NCBI GenBank assembly: GCA_029568545.1
Contig: JAKQAH010000035.1
Coordinates: 1-41,798, forward strand
DNA from: Candidatus Omnitrophota bacterium
GTDB taxonomy: Bacteria; Omnitrophota; Gorgyraeia; Zapsychrales; Zapsychraceae
Reading direction: 5' to 3'
DNA length: 41,798 bases
Of the stretch, positions 34,136 to 41,798 are shown piece after piece. How positions within the stretch are numbered: the first letter of the stretch is position 1; each line of letters opens with the position of its first letter. Below the pieces are notes generated by a model that saw nothing but the letters and a program-made list of their open reading frames with translations, did no database searches and was not told the DNA's origin. The position numbers were made by a program, and so were the translations under genes.

Positions 34136-35500
34136 TTATTTAAAATGTTTTTCCAGATAGGCGACAACTCTTTCCATATGCATTCCCCGCGATCCTTTGA
34201 CGAGGATCGCATCCCCGGGACGGCAAATCCTGTTAAGCTGCCGTTCCACATCCTTCAAATCGCTGCTATGCCGCGCGATAACATGGCTCGATAAACGACG
34301 GAGCGCTTGCGCGATATACCGGGCCTGCCTGCCCATCGTCACGACTACATTCGCCGTTGACTGCGCGATCTCCCTGCCGATCGACTCATGTAGTTTCCTT
34401 GACTGCGGGCCCAATTCAAGCATGTCCGCACAAACAATGATTTTCCGGCCGCGGACATGCAACGCATCGAGAGTTTTAATCGCGCTTTTAAAGGAAACAG
34501 GATTGGCATTGTACGTGTCATTGATCAGCCACATCTGCCCCATTTTCCTGATTTCCTGGCGGCCGCCCCGGAATTTAAAGCGGCTTAAGCCGACAACGAT
34601 ATCATTATAACGAATTTTAAAGGCCCGACCACAAGAAATTGAACTTAATGCATTGTAAACATTGTGGATGGCCGGGGTCTGAAGCGAGAACCGATAACCG
34701 TTGACCTGAAACTGAACGCCGCAGTTATTCTTGGCACAAACATTGACGGCTTGATACGCAACCTTGCTGCTGCACCCGACACGGATGATCTTTCTTCGGC
34801 CTCTTTTTTTTGCCAAACCCCGCAGATAAGGATCATCGGCGTTAAAAATGACGAGTCCGCGCGAATCCATGTAATTGATCATCTGGGATTTTTCGCGAAA
34901 AACGCCCGCGCGCGACCTTAACCTTTCCAAATGGGATTCCCCGATATTCGTGAAGATCGTTACCGTCGGGCGAGTAATCCGGGCCAGCCATCGGATATCT
35001 CCGGGCTGATTGGTGCCGAGCTCAAGGACAGCGATCTCATGCGAAGAATTAAGCTTGAGAAGGGTCAACGGGACCCCGTATTGATTATTTTCCGTCCCGA
35101 CATTCTTTAAAACCTTATATTTCCTGACGAGAACAGATGCTACCATCTCTTTGGTCGTCGTCTTGCCCGTGCTCCCTGTGATCGCGATCACCGGAATATC
35201 AAATCGTTGGCGGTGCCAACCCGCAATCTGCCCCAAAGCTTGGGTCGTATCGCGCACGCGAATGACAGGAACGCCCGCAAAACCGGCGGTCTTTTGAGAA
35301 ACAATGACCGCAACAGCCCCTTTGTCGACGGCCTCCTTGATGAAATCATGCCCGTCAAATTTCGGCCCTTTGATCGCAATAAAAGCCTCCCCCCGATTGA
35401 TCGTGCGCGTATTGATGGAGAAGCCTTTGACAATGGTCGACGCATCCGCCGATGCGGACAATGCGTTCGTGATTTCCTTGATTTTCTGGACTGTCAGCAT
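34136..35500 (-). CDS. murF: MurF ligase
   Basis: GSTGKTTTKE, NDTYNANP, DMLELG, VKGSRG. Confidence 0.96.
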   Translation of the reverse strand: MLTVQKIKEITNALSASADASTIVKGFSINTRTINRGEAFIAIKGPKFDGHDFIKEAVDKGAVAVIVSQKTAGFAGVPVIRVRDTTQALGQIAGWHRQRFDIPVIAITGSTGKTTTKEMVASVLVRKYKVLKNVGTENNQYGVPLTLLKLNSSHEIAVLELGTNQPGDIRWLARITRPTVTIFTNIGESHLERLRSRAGVFREKSQMINYMDSRGLVIFNADDPYLRGLAKKRGRRKIIRVGCSSKVAYQAVNVCAKNNCGVQFQVNGYRFSLQTPAIHNVYNALSSISCGRAFKIRYNDIVVGLSRFKFRGGRQEIRKMGQMWLINDTYNANPVSFKSAIKTLDALHVRGRKIIVCADMLELGPQSRKLHESIGREIAQSTANVVVTMGRQARYIAQALRRLSSHVIARHSSDLKDVERQLNRICRPGDAILVKGSRGMHMERVVAYLEKHFK

Positions 35501-36954
35501 GTCAGAAATTTCTTGACGATTTCCCGCTCATTGAAATAGACGGGACCGTTCGCAAAGATTTGATACATCTCATGGCCCTTGCCGGCGATCAAGACCGCAT
35601 CGCCGCTCTTGGCCATCTTCAGGGCCTGCCCGATCGCTTCTTCCCGGTTGACAATCACTTTATAATTATCCCGTTGAAATCCGGGAAGGATCTGATCGAT
35701 GATCGATTGGGGATCTTCATTTCGGGGATTGTCACTTGTGACAAATGCGAAATCCGCCAGCCGGCCGGCCACCTCGCCCATCAGCGGGCGTTTTGTTTTA
35801 TCGCGGTTGCCGCCGCAGCCGAAGACGAGAATGATCTTTGCTTTGCTGATCTTGCGGACCGTTTCCAGGACATTTTTCAGCGCATCCTGCGTGTGCGCGT
35901 AATCGATAAAAACAGAAAACTTCTGCCCACAGTCAACACGCTCCAGGCGCCCGGGAACGGCCCCCAAGCGATCGATCCCTTTCCGAATGTCTTTCAAACT
36001 CACTCCTTCGGCGAGACACATCGAAATCGCCGCCAGAATATTGTAAATGTTATACATTCCGACGAGCCTCGTTTTAATCTCGACCTTGCCCTCCAATGCG
36101 ATCAGCGCAAATCGGCTCCCTGACATGTCCATCCGGATTTTTTTCGCCATGACGTCCGCCGTCCGCTCAATCCCGTACGTCACGACCTTCGCCTGCGTCA
36201 TCGATAGCAGCCTTTGGCCATAAGGATCGTCTATGTTGATAACAGCCGTGCTTCCCGGCCCCAAATTCCTGAACAAAAGCGATTTGGCCTGAAAATAATT
36301 CTCCCTCGTTTCATGATAATCCAGATGATCGCTGGTCAAATTCGTGAAGATCGCCCCTTTGAAATCGATGCCGTGAACGCGGTCCTGGGTCAAAGCGTGC
36401 GAAGAAACCTCCATGACGCAATAAGGCACATGTTGCCAAGCCAAACTCGTCAGAAAATGTTGGTTATCAAGAAAACCCGGCGTCGTCTGCCCCGCCGGCA
36501 CAACGGTATCTGCCAACCGATAGTTGACCGTGCCGATGACCCCGCACTCTTTTTTCGCTTGCCCTAAGATAGCCTCGAACAAATACGTGATCGTTGTCTT
36601 TCCGTTGGTTCCTGTGATCCCGATCGTCCGCACCGTCTGGGACGGGTTACCATAAAGCCGGGAAACAACTTGATGCAAAAAGTCCTGCGCATCATCAACC
36701 TTCAAGAAGCAGATTCTTGGATGCTGCTCCTGCAGTTGCGTAACATCGGCCATCGTCGCCACGGCAAAGACCCGTCGGGAACATGCCTCCTTGATATAGT
36801 CTGCCCCATCGTGAACTTTCCCGTGAAGCGCTACAAAAAGGCCCCCCATCATGGCTTTGCGCGAATCGCAGCTGATGGAAAGAATATCCACGGATTCAAA
36901 GCGCGGATCGATCTTTCCCCGGTAGATATCATGCAATAATTCATTTAATTTCAT
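35494..36954 (-). CDS. murE: MurE ligase (meso-DAP type)
   Basis: GTNGKTT, MEVSSH, DYAHT, DNPR, AGKGHE. Confidence 0.97.
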   Translation of the reverse strand: MKLNELLHDIYRGKIDPRFESVDILSISCDSRKAMMGGLFVALHGKVHDGADYIKEACSRRVFAVATMADVTQLQEQHPRICFLKVDDAQDFLHQVVSRLYGNPSQTVRTIGITGTNGKTTITYLFEAILGQAKKECGVIGTVNYRLADTVVPAGQTTPGFLDNQHFLTSLAWQHVPYCVMEVSSHALTQDRVHGIDFKGAIFTNLTSDHLDYHETRENYFQAKSLLFRNLGPGSTAVINIDDPYGQRLLSMTQAKVVTYGIERTADVMAKKIRMDMSGSRFALIALEGKVEIKTRLVGMYNIYNILAAISMCLAEGVSLKDIRKGIDRLGAVPGRLERVDCGQKFSVFIDYAHTQDALKNVLETVRKISKAKIILVFGCGGNRDKTKRPLMGEVAGRLADFAFVTSDNPRNEDPQSIIDQILPGFQRDNYKVIVNREEAIGQALKMAKSGDAVLIAGKGHEMYQIFANGPVYFNEREIVKKFLTC

Positions 36955-36969
36955 TACTATGGCCTTTTT

Positions 36970-38646
36970 TTAATCGGAGATCCTAAGATACTTCAGCGCA
37001 TCCGACATAACCTCCTGAAAGACCGGGGCGCACACTGTTCCGCCGAAATAACTTGGATGAGGCTGATCAAGAATAACAATCGCCGCTAACCGGGGATTGT
37101 CCGCGGGCGCAAATCCCATAAAGCTGGCGTAATATTTCCCCATCACATACCTTCCATCGATCACCTTGCGGGCCGTTCCGGTCTTGCCGGCCACCTTGAC
37201 TCCTTTGATCTGGGCTTTTTTAGCCGTCCCGTTCTCGACGACTCCTTTGAGGATTTCCGTAACACGCCTGGCGGTTGTCGCATCGATCACCCGATCGACT
37301 TCTTGCGGCTCAAAGGCTTTAATAATCTGGTTGTTGTTATCCTCGACGTATTTTACCACAAACGGCTTCATGAAAACCCCTTCATTAGCGATGGCTGCAA
37401 GAGCACAAACCAGCTGAAGCGAAGTCACCGTCACTTCATAGCCGATAGGGATCGCGCCGATGGTTGTCTTGGACCATTGCGATGGGTCCTTAAGCCAGCC
37501 GTTCACTTCCCCGAGCAGATCGATCCCGGTCGGAAGGCCAAATCGGAACCTTTGGGCATATTTATAGATATTGGCCGGCCCAACTTTCTGCGCGATCTTA
37601 ACAACCCCGATATTGCTCGAAACACCGATGACATCCCTGAATGTCAGCGTGCCGTGGGGCGTGTGATCCGTCAGAATATGGTTGGCAATGCGGAATTTCC
37701 CGTTTTCGCAAAAGATCTTATCTTCTTCCGTAAAAATATTTTCTGCCAGAGCGGCGGCTGTGGTAATAACTTTAAACACCGAACCCGGTTCGTACACATA
37801 GCTGATAGCCCTGTTGGTACGGCTTTCGACAGTGCTTTTCGCCACATCATCCAGATTATAAGTCGGGCGATTGGCCAAAGCCAGGATCTCCCCCGTCTTG
37901 ACGTCCATAACAATGATGATGGCCGCTTTTGCGTCATACTTTTGATAAGCTTTCTCCAGCGCCCGTTCGGCGATATATTGAATCGTCTCATCAATGGTCA
38001 GCACAAGATGAAAGCCGTCTTGGGGAGGAACATAGCTTTCCCCGATCTGCAGCTGGGTCTGGTGCGCATCGCGCAGAACCTGCATTTGCCCCGGCCGACC
38101 TCTAAGATACCGGTTGTAAAACAGCTCCAGGCCTTCCAGGCCGTCATTATCTGTATCGGCAAAGCCGATCACATGAGCCGCCAGGTTGCCGTTAGGATAA
38201 TAACGTTTGCTCTCCCGGCGGAAGCCCAGGCCTTTGATCTTTAGCTTCTTGATCGCTTCTGTTGTTTCGGCGGATAATTTCCGTTGAAGCCAAACAAAGT
38301 ATTTCTCGCGGCTTAACCGCTGCGCGATCGTGTCAGGAGCCATCCCCAACAACGGCGCCAACTTCTGGATAGCCTCTTTTTTCTCCTCGGCGGACATAAC
38401 GCGCGGATTGGCGTAAAGCGAATAAACCGGCACGTTAAATGCCAGCGGCCTGAGATTGCGGTCATAGATCGTGCCGCGAACAGGCTCCAATTCGAAAGAA
38501 TAGTTGTGCTGCTTCTGGGCTTTATCGGCTAGAAACGTCGAGGAATAAACCTGAATGAGGATCAATTTGACGGCAAAAACGAACAGGCAGCCTAAGAGGA
38601 CTAGGGTGACCAGGCTGAAACGAAAGGCATGTTTTTGATTAGGCAT
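36970..38646 (-). CDS. ftsI: Class B PBP FtsI/PBP3
   Basis: RGTIYDRN, EPGSVFK, SSN, KTGT. Confidence 0.93.
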   Translation of the reverse strand: MPNQKHAFRFSLVTLVLLGCLFVFAVKLILIQVYSSTFLADKAQKQHNYSFELEPVRGTIYDRNLRPLAFNVPVYSLYANPRVMSAEEKKEAIQKLAPLLGMAPDTIAQRLSREKYFVWLQRKLSAETTEAIKKLKIKGLGFRRESKRYYPNGNLAAHVIGFADTDNDGLEGLELFYNRYLRGRPGQMQVLRDAHQTQLQIGESYVPPQDGFHLVLTIDETIQYIAERALEKAYQKYDAKAAIIIVMDVKTGEILALANRPTYNLDDVAKSTVESRTNRAISYVYEPGSVFKVITTAAALAENIFTEEDKIFCENGKFRIANHILTDHTPHGTLTFRDVIGVSSNIGVVKIAQKVGPANIYKYAQRFRFGLPTGIDLLGEVNGWLKDPSQWSKTTIGAIPIGYEVTVTSLQLVCALAAIANEGVFMKPFVVKYVEDNNNQIIKAFEPQEVDRVIDATTARRVTEILKGVVENGTAKKAQIKGVKVAGKTGTARKVIDGRYVMGKYYASFMGFAPADNPRLAAIVILDQPHPSYFGGTVCAPVFQEVMSDALKYLRISD

Positions 38647-38740
38647 ATCGGGCTATCGGTACCGTCGGATCATATGCGCACAACGCAGGCACACGCTTCC
38701 GGAATCGGACAAAGGCGATACAATAAAAGATTTCTGGAAT

Positions 38741-39127
38741 CTATTCGGCTGTTTTGGCTTGAGCCTCGATGCCAAGGGACAGCAAACTGAACAAAGGATT
38801 AACCTGCTTCGCAAGCCTGGGGCCTTGATCTAATGATTTGTCTTGCGCCAGCATCTCCTCCGAGGCGACAATTTGCACAACATCATCAGCGTCGGCAAAC
38901 TGCATATCGGAGTTTTCTTTCAGCATGGTCACGCCAATATGATTGACGGACTTCAGCATGAGAATCTTATAGGTCGCATCCCCGTTCTTTTCTACAAGAC
39001 TTCGGATCTCCTGTTCCTTTGCATTGCCCCTGTAGGCCAGGTCAACAATTTGCATCCGCATATGAATGTACGCCAACGCCAGGATAACGACAATACCCAT
39101 AAATTTGAAGAATTTACACAGTTGCAT
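38741..39127 (-). CDS. ftsL: FtsL-like cell division protein
   Basis: TM helix plus short coiled coil between rsmH and ftsI; the call is mainly positional. Confidence 0.6.
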   Translation of the reverse strand: MQLCKFFKFMGIVVILALAYIHMRMQIVDLAYRGNAKEQEIRSLVEKNGDATYKILMLKSVNHIGVTMLKENSDMQFADADDVVQIVASEEMLAQDKSLDQGPRLAKQVNPLFSLLSLGIEAQAKTAE

Positions 39128-40075
39128 TTAAATCCTTTCTGCGATCCGCAACCGGGCACTGCGCGCCCGGGGATTGGATTTAGCCTCGCATTCGCTCGGC
39201 CGCAAAGGTTTTTTGGTAATCAAACGGAACTTCCCGGCTCTTGCCCAATCACGGAACTTCTGCTTAACAATCCTGTCTTCTAGCGAATGAAATGAGATGA
39301 CGCCGATACGCCCTCCGGCAGCTAAGACCGCGCCGCACTTTCCCAGGGCTTCCTCAAGCGCCTCCAACTCCCGATTGACCGCAATCCGCAACGCCTGAAA
39401 CGTCCTGGTCGCCGGATGAATCTTTTCCCTTCCCGCATGATGCGGCATGGCCCGAAGAACAATGTCGCTTAGCTCCTTGGTCGTCTCAATGGGCTTGTGC
39501 GACCGGCGTTCGACAATGGAGCGCGCTATGCGGCGGTGCCAGCGCTCTTCCCCAAAATCCTTGAGGATCAAGGAAATCTCCTCTTGCGATAACGAATTCA
39601 CCAGATCAAACGCCGAAATATAACTCTCCTGATCCATCCGCATATCCAGGGGACCTTCTGCCCGAAAACTGAACCCTCTTGAAGGATCGTTGAGCTGAAA
39701 ACTGGACAGCCCGAGATCCAATAAAATGCGGTCAGCGGCGCGAATCCCGTGCCGAGCCAGGATCTCGTCGATATGGCAATAGTTGTCATAAACGAAATCA
39801 CACCGCGTCACATAGGCTGCTAAATTCATTTTAGCTACGGCTAAGGCACGGGCGTCGCGGTCGATCCCGACCAATCGTCCCTTTTCTCCAATGAGACCCA
39901 ATACGGCCTTCGCGTGGCCGCCCAGCCCTAACGTTCCGTCGACAAAAATATTGCCCGGCGCCGGTTTCAGATGCTCGATCACTTCATTGAGCATGACAGG
40001 AATATGCGACCGCTCCTCGCCGCCTCCGCTTTCTTGTGCGCGATCCATATTTTCCGTTCTGCCTGCATGACGCAT
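39128..40075 (-). CDS. rsmH: 16S rRNA m4C1402 methyltransferase
   Basis: HIPVM, DGTLGLGGH, DLGLSSFQL, PLDMRMD, SFHSLEDR. Start could be 40048. Confidence 0.97.
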   Translation of the reverse strand: MRHAGRTENMDRAQESGGGEERSHIPVMLNEVIEHLKPAPGNIFVDGTLGLGGHAKAVLGLIGEKGRLVGIDRDARALAVAKMNLAAYVTRCDFVYDNYCHIDEILARHGIRAADRILLDLGLSSFQLNDPSRGFSFRAEGPLDMRMDQESYISAFDLVNSLSQEEISLILKDFGEERWHRRIARSIVERRSHKPIETTKELSDIVLRAMPHHAGREKIHPATRTFQALRIAVNRELEALEEALGKCGAVLAAGGRIGVISFHSLEDRIVKQKFRDWARAGKFRLITKKPLRPSECEAKSNPRARSARLRIAERI

Positions 40076-40080
40076 GATAG

Positions 40081-40518
40081 TTAAAGATTGAGTATATTCT
40101 CGGCGATCTGCTCAAAGGATCCGCTGGAATTGTCATAGAACTCTTGCCAATTCTTCTTATCCCAAATCTCAATGCGGTTCGAGACGCCGATGAGAATGGC
40201 GTCTTTTTTGATGTCCGCATAATCTTTCAAATACTGGGGAATAATAAACCGTCCTTGCTTATCGGGAACGGCATCAATAGCGCCGGAAAAGAACATGCGG
40301 TTGAAGCTTCTCGTTTCCTTCTTGGTAAATGACATGGTCTTGAATTTTTGTTCCTGGACGCGCCACTCGTCCTCCGTGAACATGAAAATGCATTTGTCCA
40401 GACCGCGGGTCAGGAAGAACCGATCGATCCGGTATTCCTTGCAGACTTCGCGGAATTTCGCCGGCAGGATGAGCCTGCCTTTTTTATCAATGCCATGCTT
40501 GTATTCACCGTAAAACAT
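40081..40518 (-). CDS. mraZ: Transcriptional regulator MraZ
   Basis: DKKGRLILP and DKQGRFIIP repeats, IEIW. Confidence 0.97.
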   Translation of the reverse strand: MFYGEYKHGIDKKGRLILPAKFREVCKEYRIDRFFLTRGLDKCIFMFTEDEWRVQEQKFKTMSFTKKETRSFNRMFFSGAIDAVPDKQGRFIIPQYLKDYADIKKDAILIGVSNRIEIWDKKNWQEFYDNSSGSFEQIAENILNL

Positions 40519-40550
40519 AGGGCCTCAATAGGACTAGTTATTAATAAAAT

Positions 40551-40575
40551 CCACTTTACTCCACTTCTCGCCACT
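40551..40575 (-). promoter_or_regulatory. MraZ operator (three AGTGG boxes, 10-bp period)
   Basis: CCACT at 40551, 40561 and 40571 between the promoter and mraZ; resembles known GTGG-type MraZ repeats. Confidence 0.8.
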
Positions 40576-40584
40576 ACAGTTTAC

Positions 40585-40613
40585 AGTATACGTATGGGCA
40601 TGGGCATTGTCAA
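40585..40613 (-). promoter_or_regulatory. Sigma-70 promoter of the dcw cluster
   Basis: TTGACA-N17-TATACT. Confidence 0.8.
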
Positions 40614-40774
40614 CACAATTATTCAGCAAAATACGTGTATGTTATTAATGTGCAATGATTTGTATGCTATCAGGAAAGGAGTTTTGTTTTGGGCGGATTC
40701 AAAGAAAAAGCGAAAAATCTGGAGAAAGAAAAACCCCGCACTCATCCACAGAGTTTTTCATAGGTTGATCTTGA

Positions 40775-41707
40775 TTAGAGCGATTTTAGAATCGCGCGGG
40801 ATCGAGCCTCATCACGCTTCAACTGCGCGATCATTCGGGCGGCGGACTGGAACATCTTTTCGTTGCGGATCTTTTTGATAAACTCGACCGTAATTTCTTT
40901 TCCGTAGATATTCTTTGAGAAATCAAAGATATGCGTTTCAATATTAATGTCAGAATTATTTTTCTTGAACGACGGACGATGCCCGATGTTCGCCATTCCT
41001 TTCGAATGTTTGCCGCCGATTAAAACATGCACAGCGTAAACTCCCGTCGGCAAAATAATTTCATTTTCCGGGCTAATGTTCGCCGTCGGAAATCCGAGCG
41101 TCCTGCCCCTGCCGTCACCTTTCATGACTTTTCCCGCAATCGACAGATCCCGCCCGAGATGCCGTTTAATAACAGAAAGGCGCCCCTTAGTAATCAGCCG
41201 GCGGATCCGGGAACTGCCGATCTTCCTCTTCCCCACTTTGACCGATGATACCGTATGGACTTCCATGCCATAGCGCGCTCCTTCTTTCTTAAAATAGTCG
41301 AGCGTTCCCTGTCGATCTTTGCCAAATTGGAAATCCTCACCGACAAAAACAGCCTTCGGCCGAAGATAATCCGCCAAATATTTTTTGACGAATTGCGATG
41401 CTGTTAACCGGGAAAATCTTTTTGTGAACCGGATCACGATGCAGGCGTGAACACCCAGCCGCTCAAACAGTTCGACCCGTTGGGCCAAGGAAACAATAAA
41501 TGGCAAATACTTGTTCGGATGCAATACCTGGACAGGATGCGGCGCGAAGGTCATCACAATGGCCGTGCCGTTGATCCTCTTCGCTTTTCGAACGGCTGCA
41601 CGGATCAGTTTTTGATGGCCCATATGAAGGCCGTCAAAAACCCCAATTGTCACGACCGGGTTCTTAAAATATTTCCTAGTCTTCCCAGTTCCGTATATGA
41701 CCTTCAT
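40775..41707 (-). CDS. ribF: Bifunctional riboflavin kinase/FAD synthetase
   Basis: GVFDGLHMGH, GRTLGFPTAN, GVYAV, ETHIFDF. Confidence 0.97.
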   Translation of the reverse strand: MKVIYGTGKTRKYFKNPVVTIGVFDGLHMGHQKLIRAAVRKAKRINGTAIVMTFAPHPVQVLHPNKYLPFIVSLAQRVELFERLGVHACIVIRFTKRFSRLTASQFVKKYLADYLRPKAVFVGEDFQFGKDRQGTLDYFKKEGARYGMEVHTVSSVKVGKRKIGSSRIRRLITKGRLSVIKRHLGRDLSIAGKVMKGDGRGRTLGFPTANISPENEIILPTGVYAVHVLIGGKHSKGMANIGHRPSFKKNNSDINIETHIFDFSKNIYGKEITVEFIKKIRNEKMFQSAARMIAQLKRDEARSRAILKSL

Positions 41708-41798
41708 TCAAATCCTCGATATTTACGGCATCTTCAATCGCAAATTTCCCAACTTTTGTCCTTTGGATTTGCGAAATACACGCTCCGCATCCCAGCGC

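Noticed and set aside
37303-38244. Long antisense ORFs (e.g. 37303-38244, 7206-7943, 15626-16372, 5100-5798)
   Set aside because: Shadows of well-conserved genes on the opposite strand, with no motifs of their own.
40742-40750. DnaA box/oriC near mraZ
   Set aside because: Only one imperfect box (TCATCCACA) and no cluster.

Overview
Bacterial chromosomal window; nearly all genes are on the minus strand. The dcw layout and gene set suggest a PVC-superphylum organism, possibly Omnitrophota (inference only). Left to right: (1) the right end of an integrative element (small ORFs, an ECF-like sigma factor, a large serine recombinase) abutting the 3' end of tRNA-Asn(GTT); (2) that tRNA is split inside its anticodon by a 535-nt group I intron carrying an HNH endonuclease ORF; (3) recR, dnaX, DUF503, tex; (4) a three-gene type IV minor-pilin operon behind a c-di-GMP-I (GEMM) riboswitch with an 83-nt structured insertion in its core; (5) a MORN-repeat gene, tRNA-Ser(GCT), pgaABCD; (6) tadA, a PAS kinase lacking the canonical phospho-His, tRNA-Arg(ACG), a receiver protein; (7) a dcw cluster (mraZ to ftsA, an extra metallopeptidase, no murB or ftsZ) and ribF. 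The most unusual unexplained signal: the regions just upstream of all three tRNA genes carry sequence complementary to that tRNA's own 5' end. At tRNA-Arg and tRNA-Asn this is a shared hairpin motif (CTGCACCC-N13-15-GGGGTRCTG) whose outer arms match each tRNA's acceptor stem; at tRNA-Arg it is tandemly arrayed. All calls are by eye; no searches were run.
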